The notes beneath the pieces are model-generated. The model made no database searches. It was not told where the DNA came from and saw only the letters and a list, made by a program, of their open reading frames with translations. A stretch of DNA of 64,000 nucleotides, from sequence record MW218148.1; one strand, given 5' to 3'. Of the stretch, positions 32,701 through 42,283 are shown piece after piece (position 1 is the stretch's first letter; every line of letters starts with the position of its first letter). The translations under genes and the position numbers were made by a program.

Positions 32701-34752
32701 ATGAAAAGACAGAGAATGAATAAAGAACAATTCTTAGATAAGCTATTCAGTAATCATCCCGAATATAAGGATATTTATGACTTTTCGGAATTCAATTTTA
32801 AGAATTTGACAACTAAAGCTAAAGTCATATGTAAGAAGCATGGAACATCTAAAATGCAAAATCCAAGACATATGATTGTTGAAGATGTGACACCATGTAA
32901 AGAATGTAGTAAAGAAAACAATAGTAAAGTCTTCAACACTGAAAGTTATATTGAAATGGTTTATAGTAAAAATCCTGAGTTCAAAGAACTTTTTGATTAC
33001 TCAAAAACTAACTATACAGGACCAAATTGTAAATCTACTATTATTTGTAAGAGACATAATAATGAATTTACTCAAGAATTAACTGAACATCTTTACAGAG
33101 GTAGTCATAACTGTCCTGAATGTAGAAGAGAAAAAAGAGGAGCATCTTTAGATAATAAAGAACAATATCTAAAAATATTATTCAAAAAATATCCTAATTT
33201 GAACGAGAATTACGATTATAGTAACTTTGAATTCAAAAAAGAATTTTCTTCAAGAAGAAGAGATATCAGTTCAAAAGTATTATGTAAAAAACATAATCAT
33301 GAATTTGATCAATCTTTATATAATCATCTTTACAATGGAAGTGTTAGTTGTCCAGAATGTAAAGGTGAAATTCTAAAAGAAAATGGTAGTAAATCATTTG
33401 ATAGAAAGATGGAAAGAAAAAGATGGAAAGAAAAAGCAATAGCTATACATGGTGATCATTACTATTATAGACACTCTATTTATAAAGGTCAAGAGAAACC
33501 CATTAAGTTAAAATGTAAAAAACATGACTTGATCTTTAAAATAAATCAGGCTAGATATCATATTCAAGAAGGTAGTGATAGAGGTCAATGTCCTAAATGT
33601 AATCATGAGAAATATTATAAAACGCCAGAAGATTTAGTAAAAGTAGCTGTATCCGGTTTTACCAAAGATATAGGTGGTTTAACTAAAAATCCTTTCTATA
33701 AACAGAGATTCAAGATGAAGAATGAAGTATATAAAACTTATAAAAGATTTTATACTAATGAAGAACGTATGACATTCTTTAGAATGATGTCTAAATATGC
33801 TTTTGGAAATAAATTTGACTATAGTATGTTAGATACAAATGACTTTGATAAGATCGTAACTAAAGTTAATTTAAAATGTCGAAAGCATAATAATGTATTT
33901 GAAATAACTACTAAAGGACATTTAAATAGTCTTCATGGAGGTTGTGATAAATGTTTTGCAAATACAGCTTCTCAAGTGGAGAAAGAATTCAAGAAGTATC
34001 TTAGAGAATTTGGACTAAGAATATCTTCAAATAATAGAAAGATTATAAAGAATGAAGAGACAAACAGATATCAAGAAATAGATATTCTGTTACCTTCTTT
34101 AAACTTGGGTGTTGAAGTTAATGGTATAAATTGGCACTCTAGTATAACTAAGAAAGATAAACGTGCCTTAAAATATCACATGATTGATAAAATGCTAAGA
34201 GCAGAAAAATTAGGTTATAAATTCTTAGGATTCTATGATGATGATTTAGTTCATAAACTTGATTTATGTGTTAAAGAAGTTACTAGATTTATGGAAGGAT
34301 CTTATAGTATAAATAATTATAATAAAGAAAATCTTTCCATAGAAGAAACTAGTAAAAGGGTATTTAAGAAAAAATATGAGAAAGAATCACTAAACTTCTT
34401 TAATACTGATGCTAACAAGTATTACAATATTCTATACAAAGGACAAGTTATCGGAGGATTTTCTCTTAATGAGAAAGATGAGTGTCATAATTATTTCAAT
34501 ATGAAAAATATTGATGATGACATAAGTTTAATAATTGATAATTTCCCAAATGTTAAATTTGTAATCAAATATGATTCTTATGATAGATATAAACTTGATA
34601 GAGTTGGACTAACTAAATTAAAAAGATTAGAACCTGATTTCTGTAATTTTGTTAGAGACGAGAAGTCACCTATTAAAGGGTGGAAAAGAATTAAAGAAAA
34701 AGAATTAAATAATATCATATTTGATTACGGTAAAGCTGTATTTTGTGTTTAG
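32701..34752 (+). CDS. Homing-endonuclease-like protein with five Zn-binding repeats and a PD-(D/E)xK/Vsr-like nuclease domain
   Basis: Five repeats of YDYS...C[KR][KR]H...H....CxxC; C-terminal QEIDILLPSLNLGVEVNGINWHS. Confidence 0.7.
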   Translation: MKRQRMNKEQFLDKLFSNHPEYKDIYDFSEFNFKNLTTKAKVICKKHGTSKMQNPRHMIVEDVTPCKECSKENNSKVFNTESYIEMVYSKNPEFKELFDYSKTNYTGPNCKSTIICKRHNNEFTQELTEHLYRGSHNCPECRREKRGASLDNKEQYLKILFKKYPNLNENYDYSNFEFKKEFSSRRRDISSKVLCKKHNHEFDQSLYNHLYNGSVSCPECKGEILKENGSKSFDRKMERKRWKEKAIAIHGDHYYYRHSIYKGQEKPIKLKCKKHDLIFKINQARYHIQEGSDRGQCPKCNHEKYYKTPEDLVKVAVSGFTKDIGGLTKNPFYKQRFKMKNEVYKTYKRFYTNEERMTFFRMMSKYAFGNKFDYSMLDTNDFDKIVTKVNLKCRKHNNVFEITTKGHLNSLHGGCDKCFANTASQVEKEFKKYLREFGLRISSNNRKIIKNEETNRYQEIDILLPSLNLGVEVNGINWHSSITKKDKRALKYHMIDKMLRAEKLGYKFLGFYDDDLVHKLDLCVKEVTRFMEGSYSINNYNKENLSIEETSKRVFKKKYEKESLNFFNTDANKYYNILYKGQVIGGFSLNEKDECHNYFNMKNIDDDISLIIDNFPNVKFVIKYDSYDRYKLDRVGLTKLKRLEPDFCNFVRDEKSPIKGWKRIKEKELNNIIFDYGKAVFCV

Positions 34753-34771
34753 CATTATCGATATGTATTTT

Positions 34772-34812
34772 AAATATATATTATTTAAATGAGATAATAA
34801 TTATTATTATCT
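34772..34812 (+). promoter_or_regulatory. Putative phage (early-type) promoter plus 5' hairpin
   Basis: AAATATATATTAT followed by AGATAATAA-TTA-TTATTATCT. Confidence 0.6.
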
Positions 34813-34843
34813 TAAAATATTTTAATTAGGAGATGAAATTGAT

Positions 34844-35161
34844 ATGGAAGATAATATGCGTGAAAAAGGCATGGAAATCTATTACAAAACAGAGGAAAAT
34901 ATGAAAAAATATATTGACATGGATAAGTTTAATGCAATATATGAATTCCTATATGCCCGTAAAGAGCTGTACTCCAATATTAATGATAATAAAGAAAGTT
35001 TTAGGGATAATCGCCGAAAAGAAGTATTAGAGTTATATCTTAAAATGGATAAGAATGATGTTGACTTTTTCTTAGCCAAGAATCTTAAAGAGGGATTAGA
35101 AAGTAATTCCAAAGCTATTTATGATGTATCAAAAGAAATAAGTCAGCAACATTTTAATTAA
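34844..35161 (+). CDS. Hypothetical protein
   Basis: 105 aa, SD AGGAGATGA. Confidence 0.7.
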   Translation: MEDNMREKGMEIYYKTEENMKKYIDMDKFNAIYEFLYARKELYSNINDNKESFRDNRRKEVLELYLKMDKNDVDFFLAKNLKEGLESNSKAIYDVSKEISQQHFN

Positions 35162-35191
35162 TTTAATATTATAAAAAGGAGAAGGTATATT

Positions 35192-35569
35192 ATGAAAGAT
35201 TTTTACACAATTAAGCTATTATCTAAGATGGAGCAATACTCATGTTTAATGGGAGATGATGGAATGCCTGCTTACATTATCTACTATAAGGATGCGATAC
35301 TGTTTGAGTTTGAAGCTAGACCGATTACAGGATTCCTTAAGAAAGATGTTGATTTTGATTTAGAAGAAGTTATTGATTTTAATATGTTTAAAGTGGAAAA
35401 CGTTGATCTTGAAGGAGACTATATCCCAAGTGATTATGAAATTGCTTATAAAGCTTTAAAAAATAAACGTGAATATGTAAAATCTTATGGAGAATATGAG
35501 TACTTAGATTGGTTTAAGTATGATGATTTCTTGAAAAATGAATTTAAATATATAAATGGAGAGATGTAA
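35192..35569 (+). CDS. Hypothetical protein, paralogue family A
   Basis: MKDFYTIKLLSKMEQYSCLMGDDGMP, closely similar to 36674 and 37108. Confidence 0.8.
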   Translation: MKDFYTIKLLSKMEQYSCLMGDDGMPAYIIYYKDAILFEFEARPITGFLKKDVDFDLEEVIDFNMFKVENVDLEGDYIPSDYEIAYKALKNKREYVKSYGEYEYLDWFKYDDFLKNEFKYINGEM

Positions 35570-35570
35570 T

Positions 35571-35867
35571 ATGGAGACTATGTTATTTATATTTGCAGTA
35601 GTGTTTATGTTAATGTTCTTAGTTGGTATCAATCTTATGATGCTCAATCCAGTTAGAATAAAAAGGGAACAAGAGTATGGGAATCATAGTTTATATTACA
35701 ATGAAGTAAAAATGAATAACCTTTACAGATACGGATCTGTAATGTGTTATTCAACTACGGTAGTATTAACTTTAATTGCTTTCTTTGTAACTATAAAGAT
35801 AGCAATACCAGCTTTTATAGTTCTTGTTTTGGCAATATTTGTTGCAAGTAGAGTACAGATAAAATAA
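35571..35867 (+). CDS. Small membrane protein
   Basis: Three hydrophobic segments; the ORF track start is 35556. Confidence 0.65.
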   Translation: METMLFIFAVVFMLMFLVGINLMMLNPVRIKREQEYGNHSLYYNEVKMNNLYRYGSVMCYSTTVVLTLIAFFVTIKIAIPAFIVLVLAIFVASRVQIK

Positions 35868-35881
35868 TAGGAGGAAAAACA

Positions 35882-36253
35882 ATGAATAAGAAAAAGTTTA
35901 AAAAAGCAATTATGGAAGTTATTGAAAGTGATGGTAATGTATTAACTGAAATTGATAAAGATAGTATTAACTATTTTATTGATATAGTCTATGAATCATA
36001 TGATGAAGATTTTGATACTAAATTCTTTGAATCTAGTAAGAGTAAAATTAAGAAAAAATTTTATAAAAATAGTCTTTGCGAGATTGCAGAATCAAGTTTT
36101 AATGAACCATCTAGTTTCTATTTATCTATTGAAGAAACTTTAAAAGATGGTGTTAAATCATTACCATTTGCTATTACTAAAACTTTATCTTTACATGGTT
36201 TAGCTTTAGAGAATGGTGAGACATATTATTACGATTTCTATGCTTTTTGTTAA
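35882..36253 (+). CDS. Hypothetical protein, paralogue family B
   Basis: C-terminal LSLHGLALENGETYYYDF resembles 37504 and 39137. Confidence 0.75.
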   Translation: MNKKKFKKAIMEVIESDGNVLTEIDKDSINYFIDIVYESYDEDFDTKFFESSKSKIKKKFYKNSLCEIAESSFNEPSSFYLSIEETLKDGVKSLPFAITKTLSLHGLALENGETYYYDFYAFC

Positions 36254-36275
36254 TATTAAATAAAAAATTGAAAGG

Positions 36276-36599
36276 ATGATTAAAATCATGGATAGATTTA
36301 TGGATTCAGTAGACAAAGCAACGGGAATTACGTGGAGTGCTTTAGTAACCCAACAAGTGTTTTACGGTTTAGGAATGGTATTATTGGCGGTATTAAGTTT
36401 AATTGGTTTGTATTTCATCTTTAAAAAGATTACTATTAGAAATATGACTTTCAATATTTCAATTGTAATGCTTTTCTTTACTGTAATCAGTATAGCGTTA
36501 CTTGGTTACGGATTTATGCATGTATTCAACCCAGGATATTATGCATTAAATGAGATTAAAGATGGATCATTCCAGTTAATCAATGAAATTAAAAGATAA
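36276..36599 (+). CDS. Membrane protein
   Basis: Two TM helices, VFNPGYYAL. Confidence 0.7.
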   Translation: MIKIMDRFMDSVDKATGITWSALVTQQVFYGLGMVLLAVLSLIGLYFIFKKITIRNMTFNISIVMLFFTVISIALLGYGFMHVFNPGYYALNEIKDGSFQLINEIKR

Positions 36600-36673
36600 T
36601 TTATTTAAATATGAGGATCTAATATCCTCATATTTAATTTTTTTTACGATAAAAATTGAGAGGAAGAATAAAA

Positions 36674-37030
36674 ATGAAAGATATTTATACAATCAAATTG
36701 CTGGGTAAGATGGAACAATATTCCACTTTAATGGAAGATGATGGAATGCCTGCAAATATAATTTATTACAAAGATTCCATAATAATTGAATTTGAAAATA
36801 GACCATTTACAGGAATTCTTAAAAAGGATATTGAATTTGAATTAAAAGATATTCTTGACCATAGTAAATTTATAGTTAAAGAAATTGAAGAAGACGATGA
36901 ATATGAAAAAGTATATAAATACTTAAAAAAGAATGTAGCATATTCTTATTCTTATGTTAATAATAAATTTAACTTTCTAACTTGGAAAAAATTTGATGCT
37001 TTCTTAAAAGATGAAATGGAATATAAATAG
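36674..37030 (+). CDS. Hypothetical protein, paralogue family A
   Basis: MKDIYTIKLLGKMEQYSTLMEDDGMP; tandem duplicate of 37108. Confidence 0.8.
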   Translation: MKDIYTIKLLGKMEQYSTLMEDDGMPANIIYYKDSIIIEFENRPFTGILKKDIEFELKDILDHSKFIVKEIEEDDEYEKVYKYLKKNVAYSYSYVNNKFNFLTWKKFDAFLKDEMEYK

Positions 37031-37107
37031 ATTTAATTTTTTAAATTATATATTTATAAAAATGTTGTCAATATAATCTTAAATAAAAATTGAGAGGAAG
37101 AATAAAA

Positions 37108-37464
37108 ATGAAAGATATTTATACAATTAAATTACTGGGTAAGATAGAACAATATTCTCATTTAATGAGAGATGATGGAATGACTGGATATGTAATTTAT
37201 TATAAAGATTCCATATTATTTGAGCTTGAAAATAGACCAGTTACAGGAATTCTTAAAAAGGATATTGAATTTGAATTAAAAGATATTCTTGATTATAATG
37301 AATTTATAGTTAAAGAAATTGAAGAGAATGAAGGATATGAAGAAATATATAAATGCTTAAAAGAGGATATGGAATATTCTTACGATGAAGAATATGAAAG
37401 ATATACATTTATATCTTGGAAAAATTTTGATTATTTTCTAAAAAATGAAATGGGATACGAATAG
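37108..37464 (+). CDS. Hypothetical protein, paralogue family A
   Basis: MKDIYTIKLLGKIEQYSHLMRDDGM; shares the upstream sequence TAAAAATTGAGAGGAAGAATAAAA with 36674. Confidence 0.8.
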   Translation: MKDIYTIKLLGKIEQYSHLMRDDGMTGYVIYYKDSILFELENRPVTGILKKDIEFELKDILDYNEFIVKEIEENEGYEEIYKCLKEDMEYSYDEEYERYTFISWKNFDYFLKNEMGYE

Positions 37465-37503
37465 ATATAATCTTAAATAAAAATTAGAAAAGGATGATTT
37501 ATA

Positions 37504-37890
37504 ATGAATAAAGATACATTTAAAGAATACGTGATTGAAAGACTAGTCAAAGACGGTAATGAGTTAAGTAATACAGATTTTGAAAGCATTACAATTTTTG
37601 TTGATTCAGTGGTAGATGAGCATAATAATAGCGCTATTAATTTTAAACCTTTGTTTTTCAGTGCTGACAGAGATGAATTTAATAAAAACTTTAAGAAAGA
37701 AGACATAGACTTTATTAAAGAAGAAAATTTCTTACCGGATCAATCATCAGTTGTTTTATCTAAAATTAAGAATGGTGAAAATAATATACCTTTATCATTA
37801 ATGCTTACAGAATGTCTAGATCTTTATGGTTTAGTTTTAAGTAATGGAAGTTCTTACATGTATGATTTTTTCATTATGAATGATGTATAA
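37504..37890 (+). CDS. Hypothetical protein, paralogue family B
   Basis: C-terminal LDLYGLVLSNGSSYMYDF. Confidence 0.75.
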   Translation: MNKDTFKEYVIERLVKDGNELSNTDFESITIFVDSVVDEHNNSAINFKPLFFSADRDEFNKNFKKEDIDFIKEENFLPDQSSVVLSKIKNGENNIPLSLMLTECLDLYGLVLSNGSSYMYDFFIMNDV

Positions 37891-37892
37891 AA

Positions 37893-38156
37893 ATGAAGAA
37901 CTTTAATAAAAAGGATATGACAAGAGAACACTTGTATTTTATAGCAGATTTAATTGATGAGGTTCACCCTAATCAATATATCATTGATAAATTTAAAGAA
38001 GAGTATGATATGAAACTTTCTTCAAGTATTATAACTGAAATACGTAAAGGATTTTATTTAAAAAGATTCACTTCTCAGTATAATTTTGCCAAGTTAGGTT
38101 ATCCAGATAATTGTACATTAAAGAGAATTAAATTAGATAATGAAGGAGTAGAGTAG
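37893..38156 (+). CDS. Small putative DNA-binding protein, paralogue of the 43963 N-terminus
   Basis: HLYFIADLID...IIDKFKEEYDMKLSSSIITEIRKG vs QLHFICNKID...ILLLFKKEFNLETISTYITQVRRG. Confidence 0.6.
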   Translation: MKNFNKKDMTREHLYFIADLIDEVHPNQYIIDKFKEEYDMKLSSSIITEIRKGFYLKRFTSQYNFAKLGYPDNCTLKRIKLDNEGVE

Positions 38157-38157
38157 T

Positions 38158-38328
38158 ATGAAATTATTAGCTTTATCAATATTAACAGTTATCATGTTAT
38201 CTGGATGTAGTAATGATTATACACCTAGTAAATTTTTCGAGTACGCTTTCTCAATATTTTCTTTATTATTCTCTATAGGAGCTCTCATTTATGTAATTAA
38301 AAGTAATGGCTCACCAAGAAGATATTAA
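38158..38328 (+). CDS. Small lipoprotein/membrane protein (56 aa, not in ORF track)
   Basis: MKLLALSILTVIMLSGC lipobox followed by a TM helix. Confidence 0.6.
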   Translation: MKLLALSILTVIMLSGCSNDYTPSKFFEYAFSIFSLLFSIGALIYVIKSNGSPRRY

Positions 38329-38350
38329 TAATTGTAAAGGGAGTAAAAAT

Positions 38351-38749
38351 ATGAAAATATTTAAGATAATGTCACTAGCTCTATTTTCATTCTTACTATT
38401 AACAGGATTTAGTAAGGGTGATGAACTTTATGGAGTTGTTACTAATAAAATTCAAAAGACTGATTCTGAAGGTAATGAATTTAATTATATAACTATAAAG
38501 GGTAAAAACCAAGAAAGTAAAGAGTTAGTGTTTAATGATTCTTTATATAAAAGTATGTCATTGGGAGATGAAGTAATTATTACCAATGAAGGAAAAGTTT
38601 ATATAAATGGTGAATATTCTGATGAATATGAAAGTGAAGAAGGATTTTCAGGTGAAGATATAATGGGTTTTGTATTCATGATTATCTTTGGATTAGCTGG
38701 ATGGTTTTTGTTATACACTATTATAACTAGTGGAGAAACAAAAAGATAA
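38351..38749 (+). CDS. Secreted/membrane-anchored protein
   Basis: Signal peptide MKIFKIMSLALFSFLLLTGFS and C-terminal TM; the ORF track start is 38306. Confidence 0.65.
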   Translation: MKIFKIMSLALFSFLLLTGFSKGDELYGVVTNKIQKTDSEGNEFNYITIKGKNQESKELVFNDSLYKSMSLGDEVIITNEGKVYINGEYSDEYESEEGFSGEDIMGFVFMIIFGLAGWFLLYTIITSGETKR

Positions 38750-38793
38750 ATAGAGGAGAGTTATTAATAAAAATAAAATAATAAAGGAAGTAT

Positions 38794-39117
38794 ATGATAG
38801 TGAAGAAAATATTAATATTTTCATTAATTTTGGTCGCTTTACTTTCAGCATGTTCATCTGTTGATCCTAATATGGAAGGTAAAGTAGTTGATAAGATTGT
38901 TGACCCAGGTTATGTTCAATATATAAATACAGGTAATAACGTAAATGTACCTATATTTCACTCTGATGAATATTATTTGGTTGTAGAAGATAACGATAAT
39001 GGTAAAAGGGAAAGAGTTTCAGTCAAGGATTATGTATTTGATAATTTTGATGAAGGTGATGAAATCATTTTTAAAGATAAAGTAGCATATAAAGATGATT
39101 TACCTGTAAAGGAATAA
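38794..39117 (+). CDS. Lipoprotein
   Basis: Lipobox LLSAC after a hydrophobic signal peptide. Confidence 0.75.
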   Translation: MIVKKILIFSLILVALLSACSSVDPNMEGKVVDKIVDPGYVQYINTGNNVNVPIFHSDEYYLVVEDNDNGKRERVSVKDYVFDNFDEGDEIIFKDKVAYKDDLPVKE

Positions 39118-39136
39118 AAATTAGGAGGAATTTATA

Positions 39137-39526
39137 ATGGAAAAAGCATTATTAGAATTAGTTAAGGAAAATATCGAGTGTGAGAAAGATAAAGAAATAG
39201 TGGAAAATTTTGTGAAGAAAAAAATTAGAGAGAACAGTTACTTTAGAGAAGATGAACATGAAGTAATTGAAAAAAGAATTAATGAGTTATTCTTTAAGAG
39301 CGATGTTGACACTATAATGTATGATATGTTATGTGATAATGATGGTGGGGAAGTCGCTTCTGGTATAGCAGGTTGTCTTGAATATGCTGTGGAACAAGAA
39401 TATAAAAACAATAAAAAATTTTCCGCTGCAGATATTATAAATATTATATTAAGTGTAGAAGGATTTACATTGACAAATGGTACTGCATATTTATTTAGAT
39501 GGGATTTACTTAATGAAATTGAATAA
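39137..39526 (+). CDS. Hypothetical protein, paralogue family B (divergent)
   Basis: C-terminal LSVEGFTLTNGTAYLFRW. Confidence 0.7.
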   Translation: MEKALLELVKENIECEKDKEIVENFVKKKIRENSYFREDEHEVIEKRINELFFKSDVDTIMYDMLCDNDGGEVASGIAGCLEYAVEQEYKNNKKFSAADIINIILSVEGFTLTNGTAYLFRWDLLNEIE

Positions 39527-39543
39527 TTTTAAAATAGTAATTT

Positions 39544-39581
39544 AAATATATATTATATAAATGAGATATTAATAATATTTC
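39544..39581 (+). promoter_or_regulatory. Putative phage (early-type) promoter plus 5' hairpin
   Basis: AAATATATATTATATAAATGA followed by GAGATATT-AAT-AATATTTC. Confidence 0.65.
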
Positions 39582-39608
39582 AAATAAATTATAAGGAATG
39601 ATTTTATT

Positions 39609-39989
39609 ATGGTAGAAAAAGAATTAGAGTTAGTAGTACTTAAAGAGGGCAATGTTTTAAAAGGTATTGGATTTAATGAGAAAGATGATTTAAATGAAAA
39701 AGATGAAGTTGAAGTAAAATTAGAACCAGGTGACGACATTTGGATCTACTTAACTAAAGAAGCTAATAGTGGAATCTTTGACAATTCATTAGCTGAAGAA
39801 TTATCTGTTGTTACTCATGACTGGGAATCTGGGGTTAAACAGAGCTATAAATTTACTGATTTCTTTACTAAAGAGGAAGACTGTTTCCAACATACAGTAT
39901 GTAAACATCCTATGACTGTTTACTTTGTAAATGAAGAGCAACATGATGGTCCTTTAGAAACTTTAAAAGTTGTACCAAAAGAAAAGTAA
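39609..39989 (+). CDS. Hypothetical protein, paralogue of 51999
   Basis: MVEKELELVV..EG..LKGIGF...LEPGD...TKHPM-like, shared with 51999. Confidence 0.75.
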   Translation: MVEKELELVVLKEGNVLKGIGFNEKDDLNEKDEVEVKLEPGDDIWIYLTKEANSGIFDNSLAEELSVVTHDWESGVKQSYKFTDFFTKEEDCFQHTVCKHPMTVYFVNEEQHDGPLETLKVVPKEK

Positions 39990-40003
39990 AGAGGTGAATA
40001 TCT

Positions 40004-40279
40004 ATGATCCATAAATGGTTAAGTAAGAGAAAGGAAAATCAGATGAAACTGAAACAAGTTTATCTGATTCAAACTAAGATTAAAGAAGAAGATATTTCTG
40101 CTGTAGTTAATTATGACAAGGAAGATATCATTATTGAATACTTAATCTTTGATGACTTAAATGGGTTCCTTACACCTAGTCATAAAGATGAAGAATCTAT
40201 AATCAATAAAATAAGAGCTATATGTGCTTTATACGGATTATTGGATAATGAATATATATTAAAAAGAAGTTTAATATAG
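40004..40279 (+). CDS. Hypothetical protein
   Basis: 91 aa, SD GAGGTGA. Confidence 0.6.
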   Translation: MIHKWLSKRKENQMKLKQVYLIQTKIKEEDISAVVNYDKEDIIIEYLIFDDLNGFLTPSHKDEESIINKIRAICALYGLLDNEYILKRSLI

Positions 40280-40291
40280 ACTAAATGTGGA

Positions 40292-40561
40292 GTGGTGAAA
40301 TTGATTAAATTATTCATTATGTTGGCTATACTAGTTTTAATTATACTTGTAATAGCTGCTTTCTTCTTAGCAGGTGATATTGGTAGGTATGCATCTTCTA
40401 AGTCATATGATAGAGAATTGAAAGAAAGAAGAAAAGAATTAGAATTTGAGATTAAAATTATCAATAAAGAATTGGAATCTACTCCTGAAGATGAAGTACT
40501 TCAAGAAATGCTTTCTGATAAGAAAAAAATATTGGAAAAAATTAAGGAAGAAAGAAAATAA
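40292..40561 (+). CDS. Membrane-anchored coiled-coil protein
   Basis: N-terminal TM followed by a charged coiled coil. Confidence 0.65.
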   Translation: MVKLIKLFIMLAILVLIILVIAAFFLAGDIGRYASSKSYDRELKERRKELEFEIKIINKELESTPEDEVLQEMLSDKKKILEKIKEERK

Positions 40562-40577
40562 AATATTATAAATAAAA

Positions 40578-41402
40578 ATGAAAGTAGGAAATTGGATCAT
40601 GAACAATAAAGGAAAAGGTTTAGCTTGGATTATATCGGCAGCAGTGTTTGTTATCATTTTAATTGGAGTAGCTTTACTATCGCTTTCAATAATTTCAGAT
40701 GGTAATAGAGGGGTAGTTTATAGTGTTAATGGAGCTAAAGATGGATCATTAAAACCAGGATGGCATTTCTTATTACCTACAGAACATGTAGTAGAATATC
40801 CAGTAAGAACTCAAACTAAGGAGTACAATAATCTAAATGTAGCAACGAAAGATGGTAAGAACTTAAAGATTTCTATTGGACTTAACTATAATATCAATCC
40901 TGATAAAGTGGTAGATGTATACCGTAAATTTGGTGGAAAAACAGATATCGAACAAATTGAAGATGGATACTTGAGAAGTAGAACTCAAGATTCATTACGT
41001 CAGGTAATTTCAAAATATACAGTAATTGAAACTTTTGGTGTTAAAACTGCTGACATTAAAAAAGAAACTATTGAACGTATGCAGAAAGATTTAGAAGATA
41101 AAGGTTTTGTAATTGAAGAGATTGCTATTGGAACTCCTGATGCCGATAAAGCTACAGCTGATGCTATTGATGAGCGTGTAAAAGCGACTCAAGAATTAGA
41201 ACGTGCTCAAACAGATAAAGACATCGCTAAAGCTAATGCTGATAAAAAGAAAATTGAAGCTGAGGGTGAAGCAGAAGCTAACCGTATCAAAGATAAATCA
41301 CTCACTGATCAATTAATCAAAGATAAAATGATCGATAAATGGAAAGGTGATCAACCACTTACTATTGGTGGAGAAGGTGTAATTGTAGACCTTAATAAAT
41401 AG
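40578..41402 (+). CDS. SPFH/band 7 (prohibitin-like) membrane protein
   Basis: N-terminal TM, GNRGVVY...LKPGWHF..P, ATKDGKNL, LRQVISKYT and AIDERVKATQE coiled coil. Confidence 0.88.
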   Translation: MKVGNWIMNNKGKGLAWIISAAVFVIILIGVALLSLSIISDGNRGVVYSVNGAKDGSLKPGWHFLLPTEHVVEYPVRTQTKEYNNLNVATKDGKNLKISIGLNYNINPDKVVDVYRKFGGKTDIEQIEDGYLRSRTQDSLRQVISKYTVIETFGVKTADIKKETIERMQKDLEDKGFVIEEIAIGTPDADKATADAIDERVKATQELERAQTDKDIAKANADKKKIEAEGEAEANRIKDKSLTDQLIKDKMIDKWKGDQPLTIGGEGVIVDLNK

Positions 41403-41410
41403 TGTATATG

Positions 41411-41449
41411 TCCTAACCCATATCTAAATATGGGTTAGGATAATTTTTT
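41411..41449 (+). terminator. Intrinsic terminator
   Basis: TCCTAACCCATAT/ATATGGGTTAGGA followed by a T run. Confidence 0.75.
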
Positions 41450-41467
41450 TTATGTAAGGGTGATTAT

Positions 41468-42283
41468 ATGAATGCTAATGAAGTTCAAGAAAGAATGAAA
41501 AATCTTGTTTATAATAATAAACCAAGTTTAATGGACTGATTTATATATAAAAATAATGATGCAGGTTTATTAGTCTACATTACAATAGCACCATTATTAG
41601 GTATATCAATTATAATAAGTTTATGTACTATGGATTTATCTTTTTTAATTGGATTATTATTGTTATTATTTACGTCTATTCCATTATTTGTTCTTACTAT
41701 GTATTTGATAACTATAACTGATCATTCTACATTAGTTAAATACCATGACAGTAATACTTCATATAAATTAAATGGTAAATATTATTCTAGATGGTATATT
41801 GAATTATTTCCAGAAACTTTTGGAAAATTAATAACTAAAAAAAGTTATGAATATACTTTAAATTTTAATATATCTGATGTTAAAGATATAAATGACTTAG
41901 AAGAAATTAAAAAATTAATTTTAAAAAGAGAAAAACGCAATTCTGAAGAAGTTACTTTTCATAAAATCGAAGTTGTTCCTTTAATTCTTGGAGTCCAATT
42001 CAAAGTAAATTATATATATGGTATTAGTGTAGGTAAAGATGAATTAAAATCAACATTAGATTTTCCATCACTTAATTATAATATATCTAAAGTTGATAGA
42101 AATAATAGAAAACATTGGAAGAATTCTATAGAAGAAAATAGAATACTATCTTTTTACAATTTTTTAAAGTTAAAGAAAAATAAAAAATATCTAGAAGAAT
42201 TATATAATATGGATGAGGATATTAAAGAGTTTCAAGATTACTATGGCTTAAAAGCTAAAACAAAGAAGGATGATTATTTATGA
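41468..42283 (+). pseudogene. Membrane protein gene interrupted by an in-frame TGA at 41537-41539
   Basis: SD AAGGGTGA then ATG 41468; the frame continues through one TGA into a TM helix and the annotated 41630 ORF (162 nt, in frame). Confidence 0.55.

Noticed and set aside
41537-41539. TGA recoding (alternative genetic code) for the whole phage
   Set aside because: Only one such case was seen. Trp is encoded by TGG throughout, and TGA serves as a normal stop at 42281-42283 in an ATGA overlap.
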